The notes: generated from the letters alone by a model not told the origin. Positions 11,077 through 20,555 are shown, counted from the stretch's first letter. The stretch is 64,000 bases of DNA from Candidatus Eiseniibacteriota bacterium (GCA_963792585.1 CAWBWI010000005.1:96001-160000); one strand, 5' to 3'. Translations and numbers: made by a program.

Positions 11077-11646
11077 ATGAGCCGCTTTCCTTCCTTCCCG
11101 GTTGCGTCCGCCGCCCTCCTTCTCCTCGTCGCCGTCGCACTTGGAACGACCGTCCGCGCGGAGGACATGCGCCTCGCCTCGGATGACGTGTTCACATGGG
11201 GCGATCTCGGCGGCATCACGATTCAGCATGCCAACTGCGAGGGAGCGCTCGATGGTCGTGCGATCGACGGTCTCGACCTGCCCGGAGAGTGGATCCAGTG
11301 GCATCTGACCCTTACCGAGCCGTTCTGCTTCGTCGACTCCCTTCACTCCGCCGGCACGACAGACGTCGTGCGTGAGTTCGTCACCGAGTACATCTCCGAT
11401 CCCTTGTGGGAGACAGCGGGGCAGGACACGGTCTTCACGGCTCCAGGGGCCGGGGTTGGCTGATCGAGCGGAAACTACGACTGGGTCCAGTCGTCCGAGA
11501 TCCATTGCCTTCCCGCCGGAACCTACGTCATCAAGTTGACCATGTTGACATCACTGCGAACGAAGATCGACTGCCTCGATCTTTCGGGTCGCGTGATTGC
11601 GGTGATGCCGACGACCTGGGGAAGGATCCGCTTCCTGTACCGATAG
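11077..11646 (+). CDS. Secreted CBM6/35-like beta-sandwich protein with in-frame TGA at codon 129 (candidate selenocysteine) and TTWG C-terminal tail; 189 aa with readthrough
   Basis: GGAGG RBS, ATG 11077, signal peptide. After TGA 11461-11463 the frame stays open for 60 codons: SSGNYDWVQSSEIHCLPAGTYVIKLTMLTSLRTKIDCLDLSGRVIAVMPTTWGRIRFLYR*. A SECIS-like hairpin follows the TGA. Confidence 0.75.
11462..11502 (+). promoter_or_regulatory. Candidate bacterial SECIS element
   Basis: Perfect upper stem ACGACTG (11477-11483) / CAGTCGT (11488-11494) with a GGTC loop that begins after a 20-nt spacer from the UGA. A lower stem can form from CGG/CCG and GATC/GATC. Confidence 0.65.
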
Positions 11647-11649
11647 CGC

Positions 11650-13398
11650 CTATTCGAAGACCAGGTAGCCGAACTGCTTGGGCTCGAAGCCGATCGGGTA
11701 CTGCCAATCGGCCGAGCTTTGCTTCGAGATTTCCTTGCGCCGGAAATTGACCCGCCAGCTCGTCCCGGGCGTCGGCGGCACGAATCCGAGTTCAGCAAAG
11801 GGGATGACCGCTTCGATCGTCCAGCCCTCGGCTTCTCTCCCGGCAATGACGGTATAGGCGCCGTTCCACTTCGGCCCATCCCCCTCGTACTGTTCCGGCC
11901 CCGTGACCGTGAGCTTCTGATCGAAGATCGTCCCGTTGGGGTTCACGTAGATCTGGCAGAACGTCTTCTGCTCCGGATCGCCGCTCAGGAAGTAGCCGAC
12001 ACAGTCATCTCGGGTGACCGCCTGGTCGCGTTCGACGGCTTTGGCCGTCAGGCTGGCCCCGTCCGTTTGCACGCAGCGGGCGGCGAGGTAGAGATTCGCG
12101 GCGTCATATCCGAAGAAGAAGGTCGTCGGTTCGATGACGTCCGTTCCCCCGTCGGGCGAGCAGAAGAACTCGGCCTTGCCAGCGTGGGTCCAAAGATCCT
12201 CCTCGAGCGAACCGTCGATCACGGGCCCCGCGTCGAATCGGACCACCTGCTGGACACGACATGCGGGGAGGGCGGCGTCGAAGTGGAACGTCCGTCCCTC
12301 GCGATATGGGTAGTCGAAGCGGAGATGGGGCAAAGGATAGAACCGCCCGTTTCGAGCGACCTGGAACGGGATCTCCACTCCGTCGCCCGGGGGGAGGTCG
12401 ATCGCTCGTGTGGCCGGGTCGATCGACCACTGGGTCGATCCGTCCCACCTCAGATCGGCGCGCAGCGGCGCGGAGGTTGCGTTCCGGAGTCTGAGCGTTC
12501 CGACTGCCGTCGCGGCGCCCGTCCCTTCCCGAACGAGGAACGGCTCGATCCGCGCGTACTCGCTCTCCACCCTCTCGAAGAACTTCAGGTCGGAAACGCG
12601 CGTGGCGTCCGCGGGGCGCACGGAACCCTTCTTCAGCACGCCCCAGTCGAGTCTTCCGTCGCGCGCCGTACAGAGGAGGTACCCGTAGAAGGCGCCCCGC
12701 TCCTCGTTCTCATCCACGTACCCGCCGCTCGTTCCGACGATGGTGTAGGAAATGCCGTCGTAAACGCTCGTCCCGTAGAGGTGGAAGTGGCCGTTGAAGA
12801 CGGCGTCGACACCGTACTTGCGGAACAAGTCATGGAGGGGATCGGGCTTCTCCTCGGCGAGGGTGGCGTACCAGAACGGTTTGTGGAAGATCGCAATGGT
12901 CAACGCGTCGTTCGCGTGGGTCGCTAGGTCCGCCTCGAGCCAGGTGCGGTGGCCTTCGGCCGCCAGCCAGTCCTCGCTCGTCTCCCAGCGTCCGGTGTCG
13001 AGGATCACGAAGTGGATCCCCTCGCGATCTAAGGCATAGTTCGGCTCGTGCCCGGTGCGCTTTCTCCACTCGGATTCCATCGTGGGGTTGAGGATGTCGT
13101 GATTCCCTGGGGAGACGAAGAGAGGTTCGTGAAGGTCCTTGACGATGCCGTCGAATTCGTCCCACTGGGACTCGAGGGTCGGGACGTCCTCGGTGTATCC
13201 CTCGATGTGATCACCAACGGTGACGATGAAGTCGGGCGCGAGCGCGTCGACCTCCGCGACGATCGCTTCGTAGACGCCGGTTACATGACTGCCGGTCCGA
13301 TCGCCGATGATTGCGAAGCGGACAGCGGCCGCGGAGGCGTGTCCGGCGGCGATACTCAGGAGCAGAGCGATGGACAGCGAGGCGCGCTGCGATTTCAT
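11650..13398 (-). CDS. Secreted calcineurin-like metallophosphoesterase with C-terminal CBM9-like sugar-binding domain
   Basis: GD, GD, GNHD, H and GHFH metallophosphoesterase motifs; C-terminal PVIDGSLEE...YDAANLYLA...DDCV...WTIEAVIPF pattern of CBM9/DOMON-like domains. Confidence 0.8.
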   Translation of the reverse strand: MKSQRASLSIALLLSIAAGHASAAAVRFAIIGDRTGSHVTGVYEAIVAEVDALAPDFIVTVGDHIEGYTEDVPTLESQWDEFDGIVKDLHEPLFVSPGNHDILNPTMESEWRKRTGHEPNYALDREGIHFVILDTGRWETSEDWLAAEGHRTWLEADLATHANDALTIAIFHKPFWYATLAEEKPDPLHDLFRKYGVDAVFNGHFHLYGTSVYDGISYTIVGTSGGYVDENEERGAFYGYLLCTARDGRLDWGVLKKGSVRPADATRVSDLKFFERVESEYARIEPFLVREGTGAATAVGTLRLRNATSAPLRADLRWDGSTQWSIDPATRAIDLPPGDGVEIPFQVARNGRFYPLPHLRFDYPYREGRTFHFDAALPACRVQQVVRFDAGPVIDGSLEEDLWTHAGKAEFFCSPDGGTDVIEPTTFFFGYDAANLYLAARCVQTDGASLTAKAVERDQAVTRDDCVGYFLSGDPEQKTFCQIYVNPNGTIFDQKLTVTGPEQYEGDGPKWNGAYTVIAGREAEGWTIEAVIPFAELGFVPPTPGTSWRVNFRRKEISKQSSADWQYPIGFEPKQFGYLVFE

Positions 13399-13524
13399 CT
13401 TTCCTCCAGGGCTGAAAGACCTGCGGCCGAATCGCAGGAAGGACTGCGAGCCGGATCATAGGCTGGGGATCGGCGGGCGGCAATCGGCGGATGGCGTGTG
13501 CGGATGGCGTGGCTCCTGAAGGGA

Positions 13525-13552
13525 AGGCCCGCCCCTGGAGAGGGACGGGCCT
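13525..13552 (-). terminator. Stem-loop downstream of the Cys-rich gene pair
   Basis: 12-bp stem (one G-U pair on the minus-strand RNA) with a 4-nt loop; weak U-tract. Confidence 0.4.
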
Positions 13553-13576
13553 CTTGATTCGGCCGTTGCGTGAAGC

Positions 13577-14714
13577 CTAGCGGAAGTCCGCTTTGATCCG
13601 CCCCCAGGTCGTGCTCTCGGTCGGGAATCCGAAACATGGGTTCACGGGCTCGCAGGTCGAACCGTCCCCCATGTAGGTGCCGTCGTGGTCCGCACAGGCA
13701 TCGGCGGTCAGAGTTTCACAGTGGCCGTCCATGTCGAGACAGCAGGCGCCCGCCGGGGGGCACACCGTGTCAACGCAACTCGTATTGAATCCTTGGAAAA
13801 CTCCGGAGCAGTCCCAATCATGCACCTCAGTGCAGGTGCCGTCGTCCAGGCAGCAGGCGCCCTCGGGGATCGGCCCGCAGGGATTCGGATCGCAAGTGAT
13901 GCCGGGGCCGTAGGGCACGCCCCCGATCCGAACGCACTCCTCCACCTGCAGCATCTGACAAGTCCCGTCCGGGAGGCAGCAAGCTTCCGGCTGCGGGCAG
14001 GGGTTGGGATCGCAGGGCACACCGTCTCCGAGGTAGATACCCTGACACTCGATCCATGGGTGTGTAGATGCAGGATCCGTCCAGGAAGCAGCACGCGCCG
14101 GAGTGCGGTTGGTCGGGAATGCAGTCCATCTCCCCCGGAACGTTCCAGCGCATCGCGGCGAAGTTGAAGCAGAGATCCTCGATCGGCGGGCTGCCGTCGT
14201 CGACGAACTTCGCCTCGTTGGTGCTCGGATAGGTCCGCGTGCCGAAGTAATAGGTGTCGTCATCGTGCCACACGGCGAACCAGTAGAAGGGGAACGCATG
14301 GTCGTAAACCGGAACTCCGTAAGCAACGAGGTTCCCGCAGTCATTCAGCTCCGGCCAGCCCGTGTCGGGCAACTCGAGCAGCTGCGGCCCGCACGCGGAG
14401 TAACCGTCGATATACCCCTGAGTCGGCGGCAGGTTGTGGTGGATTCCAAACTGGAGCGCCGTCACGGCGGGGCTCGAGGAGGCCACGAACGCGGCCATCA
14501 ACCAGACGACCGTAGCCTCGTCCGGCGTCTTGTGGCTCGTGTTGACGAAGTCCTCGCACCGACCGGGCGTCGCGCTCTGGCAGTAATCGGCGGTCGCGGT
14601 GTAGACGATCGAGTCGTCGGTGTGGACCAGCATCATGCCGTTGACGTTGCGGCCGGCCCAGGACGGGCTCGCGATCAGCATCGCCACCGCCAGAAGGAGT
14701 GGCGGCCGTTTCAT
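13577..14714 (-). CDS. Secreted Cys-rich repeat protein, paralog B (probable frameshift near 14060)
   Basis: ATG 14714 MKRPPLLLAVAMLIASPSWA; N-terminal domain homologous to 14723-15877; four (G/E)ACC-containing repeats; ends TTWGRIKADFR. Removing one C near 14060 joins the two ORF-track fragments. Confidence 0.8.
13615..13894. repeat. 280-bp direct repeat, copy 1
   Basis: Matches 14761-15040 (offset 1146) with 4 mismatches by manual comparison. Confidence 0.95.
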
Positions 14715-14722
14715 GGTCCCTC

Positions 14723-15877
14723 CTAACGGAACCGGGCCCGGATCTGGCCCCAGGTCGTCTTCTCGGTCGGGAAACCGAAACATGGGTTCACGGGCTCGCA
14801 GGTCGAACCGTCCCCCATGTAGGTGCCGTCGTGGTCCGCGCAGGCATCGGCGGTCAGAGTTTCACAGTGGCCGTCCATGTCGAGACAGCAGGCGCCCGCC
14901 GGGGGGCACACCGTGTCAACGCAACTCGTATTGAATCCTTGGAAAACTCCGGAGCAGTCCCAATCATGCACCTCAATGCAGGTGCCGTCGTCCAGGCAGC
15001 AGGCGCCCTCGGGGGTCGGCCCGCAGGGATTCGGATCGCAGGGCATATCCGGAAGGAACACGCCGCCGAGCGCGTCGCAATCCTCCGCAAAGAGGATCTG
15101 GCAGTTCCCGTCGGGGAAGCAGCACGCACCCGGTTGCGGGCAGGGATTCGGATCGCACGGCGTCAACTCGCCATACCAGACGCCCCCCATCGCTTCGCAA
15201 TCAACCGGGAACGCGACTTCCAGGCAACTCCCGCCGGGGAGACAACATGCGCCGGGAGGATGGTCTCCGGGACAGGCATTCTCTCCCGGCACTCCCCACC
15301 GCACCGTCCCGAAGTTGTAGCAGAAGTCCTCGAGGGGCGGGCCCCCGTCATCCACGAACTTCGCCTCGTTCGTGCTCGGGTAGGTCCGCGTGCCGAAGAA
15401 GGTGGACTCATCCCCGTGGTAGACGGCGAACCAGTAGAATTTGAACAGGTGTTCGTAGACGGCCGCGCTATAGGCCACGAGATTGCCGCAGTCGCTCGGG
15501 TCGGGCCAGCCCGAGTCGGGCAGCTCGATCGAGCTCGGACCGCACGCTCCCCACACGACGAAGTAGCCCTCATTCGTCGGGAGATTGTGCCGGATTCCGA
15601 ACTGGAGCGCCGTGACGCCCGGGCTAGACTCCGGGGGAAAAGCCGCCACCAGCCAGAGGATCGTCGGTTCATCGATCGTGTCGTTGCTCTGTGTCTCGAG
15701 TTCCAGACAGGATCCCGGGAGAGCGAACTCGGGATCGGTGCAGAAGTTGTACGTATCGGTGTAATCGAGTTGTCCGGTGTAGACGTGCACGACCATCGAC
15801 CCATTGGCGTTTCGGCCGGCGTTCGCGGCGCCGTTCACCGCAACAAGCGCCACCAACAACAATAGCAGATATCGCAT
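14723..15877 (-). CDS. Secreted Cys-rich repeat protein, paralog A
   Basis: Signal peptide, N-terminal globular domain, four GACC repeats with six Cys each; ends TTWGQIRARFR. Confidence 0.85.
   Translation of the reverse strand: MRYLLLLLVALVAVNGAANAGRNANGSMVVHVYTGQLDYTDTYNFCTDPEFALPGSCLELETQSNDTIDEPTILWLVAAFPPESSPGVTALQFGIRHNLPTNEGYFVVWGACGPSSIELPDSGWPDPSDCGNLVAYSAAVYEHLFKFYWFAVYHGDESTFFGTRTYPSTNEAKFVDDGGPPLEDFCYNFGTVRWGVPGENACPGDHPPGACCLPGGSCLEVAFPVDCEAMGGVWYGELTPCDPNPCPQPGACCFPDGNCQILFAEDCDALGGVFLPDMPCDPNPCGPTPEGACCLDDGTCIEVHDWDCSGVFQGFNTSCVDTVCPPAGACCLDMDGHCETLTADACADHDGTYMGDGSTCEPVNPCFGFPTEKTTWGQIRARFR
14761..15040. repeat. 280-bp direct repeat, copy 2
   Basis: Matches 13615-13894. Confidence 0.95.
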
Positions 15878-16043
15878 GCGGTATCCTCCTCTCGCCCCGG
15901 GTTGGTTCCCTCGGTCACACCTCAGGCGTAATCAATTATAGTCGTCGGAGTGACGAAATGCCAGTGCGGGTTGAGGGGTGCGGCGGAAGGCTTGCGGATG
16001 AGAGGATGCCCGGGTTGAGGGATAGACGCTCCCGATCTTCTCG

Positions 16044-17324
16044 TCAGGGCGCGGGCTGGATCTTCCCGCTCGCCTCGCCGAAGCCGATCCGCAGCCCATC
16101 GCGCTCGCACCACCCGCGCATCCGAATCATGTCCTGATCCTGTAGATACGTACGCGTCTCGCCGCTGGTGAGGCGGAGCGGCTCCTTGCCGCCCCAGGTC
16201 AGTTCGAGGAGGCTGCCGTACGAGTCGCGCGTGGGCCCGCTGATGGTCCCCGTCGCGAGCAGATCTCCGGGGCGCAGGTTGCAGCCTCCCGACGCGTGGT
16301 GCGCGAGTTGCTGGCAGATGTTCCAGTAGAGGTACTTGAAGTTCGAGCGGGCGATGACCTGGGGAGCGGCCATCTTCTCCGTCTGAATCGACACATCGAG
16401 GTGGATGTCGTAGGCGTGATCTCCCTCGCTCCGCAGATTGGGCAGGGGCCTCGGATTCTGGGACGGCCCGTCGCAGCGGAAGGGTTCGAGCGCCTCCATG
16501 GTCACGACCCATGGGGACAGCGTCGTTCCGAAGTTCTTGGCGAGGAACGGTCCCAGCGGCTGATACTCCCATCTCTGGATGTCCCGTGCGCTCCAGTCGT
16601 TGACGATCACCATTCCGAAGATCCGTTCCTCTGCCCGCTCGACCGGGATCTGTTCGCCGAGGGGATTTCCCGGCCCGACGAAGAATCCCATCTCCAGCTC
16701 GAAATCGACGGCGCGTGAAAGCCCGAACGTCGGCATGTCCGCATCGTCACGCTTCGTCTGTCCGTGAGGACGCCGGATCTCCCGCCCGCTGACGACGAGC
16801 GAGCTGGAGCGACCATGGTAGGCGATCGGCAGGTGAAGCCAGTTCGGCATGAGCGCGTTCTCGGGCCCGCGGAACATGATGCCCACGTTCGTCGCGTGCT
16901 CGCGGGAGGAGTAGAAGTCCGTGTAGTCCCCGACTGCCGCGGGCAGATCCATCAAGACATCCCCCATGGGGACGAGCGACTCGCCGCGCAAGGAAGCGTC
17001 GTCGCGCAGGGTCGGTTCGTCCTCGCGCAGCAATCGGCTGATCGTCGTCCGGGCTTCCCGCCAGGCTTCCCGCCCCATCGACATGAATGCGTTCAGTCCC
17101 GGCTGCCCGAAGACGCTCGCCTCCCGCATGCGGGGACCATCGAAGAGGCCGCGGCGTTCCAGGAGATCGAGATCGAGGACCATCTCACCGATGGCCACGC
17201 CGACCCGGGACGGTCCGCCCGCCCGCAGTCGGAAGACGCCGTACGGCAGGTTCTGGATCGGGAAGTCGCCGGCCGGATCGATCGGGATGAAAGAGCGCAG
17301 ATTCGGATCGGTCGTCGGGTCCAT
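16044..17324 (-). CDS. fahA: Fumarylacetoacetase
   Basis: DFPIQNLPYG, GDYTDFYSSREHATNVG, YHGRSSS, DFELE, NDWSARDIQ.WEYQPLGPF and GDLLATGTISG motifs. Confidence 0.95.
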   Translation of the reverse strand: MDPTTDPNLRSFIPIDPAGDFPIQNLPYGVFRLRAGGPSRVGVAIGEMVLDLDLLERRGLFDGPRMREASVFGQPGLNAFMSMGREAWREARTTISRLLREDEPTLRDDASLRGESLVPMGDVLMDLPAAVGDYTDFYSSREHATNVGIMFRGPENALMPNWLHLPIAYHGRSSSLVVSGREIRRPHGQTKRDDADMPTFGLSRAVDFELEMGFFVGPGNPLGEQIPVERAEERIFGMVIVNDWSARDIQRWEYQPLGPFLAKNFGTTLSPWVVTMEALEPFRCDGPSQNPRPLPNLRSEGDHAYDIHLDVSIQTEKMAAPQVIARSNFKYLYWNICQQLAHHASGGCNLRPGDLLATGTISGPTRDSYGSLLELTWGGKEPLRLTSGETRTYLQDQDMIRMRGWCERDGLRIGFGEASGKIQPAP

Positions 17325-17342
17325 CAAGTCTCCGTTGGCGGT

Positions 17343-18239
17343 TCAAACGCCGTTCAGAATGCCGAGGGCGCGCAAGTCTTCGCGTGGCTCGTCGAAGCTG
17401 CAGCTCCCGAAGGACGTGACCGCGCTGCGACGGAGCGCGCGGATTCTCGCGGCGTCGATGCCCAGGTCCCTCCAGGAGAACGCTTCGTCGGTGAAGCGGA
17501 ATGCGGTCGGATCCTCTTCACGGATGATCTCCTCGATCACGCCGTCCTCCAGGGAATGTGCGTGAGCAAGAAGGGCGGCGCCGAAAACGTTGACGAATCC
17601 GTGCATCTTGGTCCCCACGTCGGCTCGAAACGATCGCACCGGGTGGTGAAGCCCCGCCGTCGCCTTGAAAGCGACGCCGTTTCTCCGGCATGCGCCGATC
17701 GCTGACGCGACATGCTCCGGGGACGGAAAGGCCGCGGCGGTCACGCCGCCGCATCGGAGCTTGAATCCGAGGCTCCCGTGAGCCTTGCCGCTGGCGGATG
17801 CGTCCTCCCCCATCAACCCCGCCACCTGCGCGATCGTACCGGCGACCTTCGGGGGCGATGCGGCTTCGTAGTAGATCCGGAACCCGTTCCCGCGCCGCGG
17901 TTCGCCTTCCTCGGAAAGTCGCGTCTCGATCGCCATCACCAGGCCATGCGACGCGAAGCGCTCATGGAACCGCCCGATCTCAGCGATGTCCTCTCGCCAA
18001 CCGGCGTCGAACTCCTCGACAGTGCTCCCGCCGCGACCCAGGGCCGAGATCCGAACCGGTACGGGAAGCTCGGCGAGCCGGCGAATCGGGCAGATGAACC
18101 TGCCCAGCATCCAGGCATCGGGCGTCCGCTGGTACTCGATGAACTTGTCGAGGGCTTCGGCGAGGGGTAGCTCCGCCGGCGGGAACATCCCCGCGTAGTC
18201 GATCAGCCCCTCGGCGAACGCCCGAAGACTCTCTCGCAT
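17343..18239 (-). CDS. Conserved hypothetical protein (LIDYAGxFPP family, often near aromatic catabolism genes)
   Basis: GLIDYAGMFPPA, FKLRCGG, FKATAGLHHP, HGFVN and FGSCSFDEP motifs; ATG 18239 after a GGAGG-like RBS. Confidence 0.75.
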   Translation of the reverse strand: MRESLRAFAEGLIDYAGMFPPAELPLAEALDKFIEYQRTPDAWMLGRFICPIRRLAELPVPVRISALGRGGSTVEEFDAGWREDIAEIGRFHERFASHGLVMAIETRLSEEGEPRRGNGFRIYYEAASPPKVAGTIAQVAGLMGEDASASGKAHGSLGFKLRCGGVTAAAFPSPEHVASAIGACRRNGVAFKATAGLHHPVRSFRADVGTKMHGFVNVFGAALLAHAHSLEDGVIEEIIREEDPTAFRFTDEAFSWRDLGIDAARIRALRRSAVTSFGSCSFDEPREDLRALGILNGV

Positions 18240-18386
18240 GAACCCTCCCCGCCCATACTCCTCGCGCTCCGGCGATCTTATCAAGCCAGCGGGCCGAAGG
18301 CGACGGGGACGGAATCGAACGCCGACGACACATGCGGCACGGTCCAAGTTCGGGCCCGGCCCGATCGGTACCCTTTTCGCGATCGA

Positions 18387-18836
18387 TCAGCAGCCGAACT
18401 GCGTCAGGTGATGGTCGAGATGCTTGCGGTTCAGCGCCGCCCATTGATCCGCCGCAAGGCGTCCCATGAGGGGGCTGACCCCCCACCGTTGCTCCCGACC
18501 GCGTCCGAACCGCTCCACGAACTCGATGAGGAGCTCCTTGTCCCGCTCCAACGACCCCGAGGGAGGGGTCGCGAAGAATACGGGGGCGGCCTGGATCCTC
18601 CCCCTGGGCCACGGAATGGGAGCCGAGATGACGAACCAACGTCCCAGTGTGGTCGAAAGGAAACCGGGCCTGAAGTCGGTCTCGATCTCTGCGAAGGCGA
18701 TCTTCAAACCGTCGATGAGATGAACGATCATCTGCTCGGATGTCATCCTTCCCCAGCGGGCGCGGCTGTCGGGCCTCACTCGGCGGATGCGTCGGACCAT
18801 CTCCTCTCGGACGGGTGGATCGAACAATGACTTCAT
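18387..18836 (-). CDS. DUF1569 / DinB-like protein
   Basis: WGRMT..QMIVH and terminal KHLDHHLTQFG motif. Confidence 0.85.
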   Translation of the reverse strand: MKSLFDPPVREEMVRRIRRVRPDSRARWGRMTSEQMIVHLIDGLKIAFAEIETDFRPGFLSTTLGRWFVISAPIPWPRGRIQAAPVFFATPPSGSLERDKELLIEFVERFGRGREQRWGVSPLMGRLAADQWAALNRKHLDHHLTQFGC

Positions 18837-19145
18837 GACTCCCCTCCACGATGGGTCGATCCGCGGGAGTCTAGAGCCTCCGGGCTTGCGAACAAAAGCG
18901 CCGGAAGCGCGTTCGACGAACCCCGGGGCCACGGCGAAGCGATACATGCCTGTATCCGCCCGGCAACAGGGCCTCTACCCAGACAGCGCGGCATGCGGCG
19001 GGTGGAGCGCGGCGCGCCGTGCTAAGCCGTTGGCCGACTGAACCGCAGCCGGTCCGTCCTCCTGCATCCGGAAGATGGCACGGCTCTGGTTCCTGTCGGG
19101 CCCGGTTGTCTCTTCGGGATCGAAGAGAGGAAAGGAGAGAAGATC

Positions 19146-20416
19146 ATGAACCGGACCGTTCGCAATACGATCGTGGCGTTGTTGCTGGCTTGGGTCGCGA
19201 TCTGGGCGCTTCCCGGATGCAGCGACAACGGCTCGTCCACCGCCCCGGCCACGCTGGGATTGACCGCCGAGAACGAGGGCGCGGTCGTCGTGGAACAGCG
19301 CAACCCGCCTCCACCCAGCGGTCTCGTGACCGTCGAGTTCGGCAGTCGGAGCCTTGAATTCTGGCCGTACACCGGCTCTTCGTTCGACGGAACGCCGGTC
19401 GACCCCGTGAATCTGATCTTCCTCGGGCAGGCGGACCCGCTTCAGATTCGCGCCGCGCTGCTCGCACTCGACGGGAATCGGACCGCCTTCGGCTTCCCGG
19501 ACGTCTTCCCGTTCAACGCCCGCTGGTCGGACGCGGTCGGCGACGTGCAGTCCACCTACGCGGAGGGTGACGGTTGGGTGGGAAGCGTCGTCCAGCTGCA
19601 GATCGGGGACTACGCGCCGATTCGCTGGCATCTGCGCATCTTCCGGACCGGCTCAGGCCTGGACGGCAGCGTCTGGACGCTCGGCGCGGCCCACTTCGAG
19701 ATGATGATCCCCGGAACCGCCGATCATCAGGTGCTTGGTTGGGACCGGGCCCAGGAGATCGTCACGGTCGACATGCTTCGCAGCGGCCTGCTCGACCCTG
19801 TCGCGCCGATGTTGCCGACCGGCGTGATCAATGAATCGCCGACCTTCCGGACCATCCCGCCGTTCATCTACAACAGCCTTCCGGAGGATCTGAAGAACTA
19901 CATCCTCGGACCGGATCATCCCGAGGACGTGACCGAGCCGGTCGGGATCCCGAACGATGGGTCGGCCACGATCTTCAACGTGGCCGACGCGGCGCCCGTC
20001 GACCCGGGAATCGCGACCCAGAGCTTCACGAAGACCTATCAGCAGGTGATCCCGAAGCCGCTGTGCAATCCGGACGGAAGCCAGTGGGTGCGGGTCGAGG
20101 GACCGGTCGACTTCACGAAGAGGGTCGAGATCGAGCCGGCGGGATGCTCACGGTCCACTACGTCTACTCGGGGAATCTCACGATCACGCCGTGGGACGTG
20201 GTCCACAACGTGGCCCTCGGCGATCCCTACGCGGCGCAGGTGGGCGGCTCGCAGGATGGCTTCCTGCGCGCGCACAACAGCGGGATCTCCGCCTTCGACA
20301 GACGGCTGGCGCACGAGGCCGGCGGGACGGAGTTCCTGATGACGGACTTCCGGATCCACTCGCCGGGTCCGAAGAGGCACACGGTGCGAACCCGGTGCCT
20401 GGGGGCGGATCTCTAG
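19146..20416 (+). CDS. Hypothetical lipoprotein (probable frameshift near 20137)
   Basis: Lipobox LPGC; DPVNLIF and HLRIF motifs. Adding one C near 20136 continues the frame into GGMLTVHYVYSGN... ending at 20416. Confidence 0.7.
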
Positions 20417-20555
20417 GATCGAATCTGCAGGGATCGATCGAAGGGGTCGTGGGGCGGGCTCGTTCGAGTCCGCCCCGTTCCACGATTCCCCCCTGCTTGT
20501 GACCGCAAGCGGCCGATGCTAGCGTGGTCGGGTCTTCCGGAAGGAGAACCACCTC

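Noticed and set aside
11461..11463. Genome-wide UGA reassignment (genetic code 4 or 25)
   Set aside because: Many genes here end in TGA, including ATGA/GTGA coupled overlaps, and Trp is encoded by TGG; the readthrough is site-specific.
13615..15040. Diversity-generating retroelement TR/VR pair
   Set aside because: Both copies lie within coding paralogs, the four mismatches are not all at adenines of one copy, and no reverse transcriptase is in the window.
15935..15963. Sigma70 promoter for the Cys-rich gene pair
   Set aside because: A perfect TATAAT is on the minus strand but the -35 (TGGCAT) is poor; too weak to call.
19076..19091. Sigma54 promoter at TGGCACG (also TGGCAC near 48504)
   Set aside because: The -12 TTGC element is missing at the required spacing.
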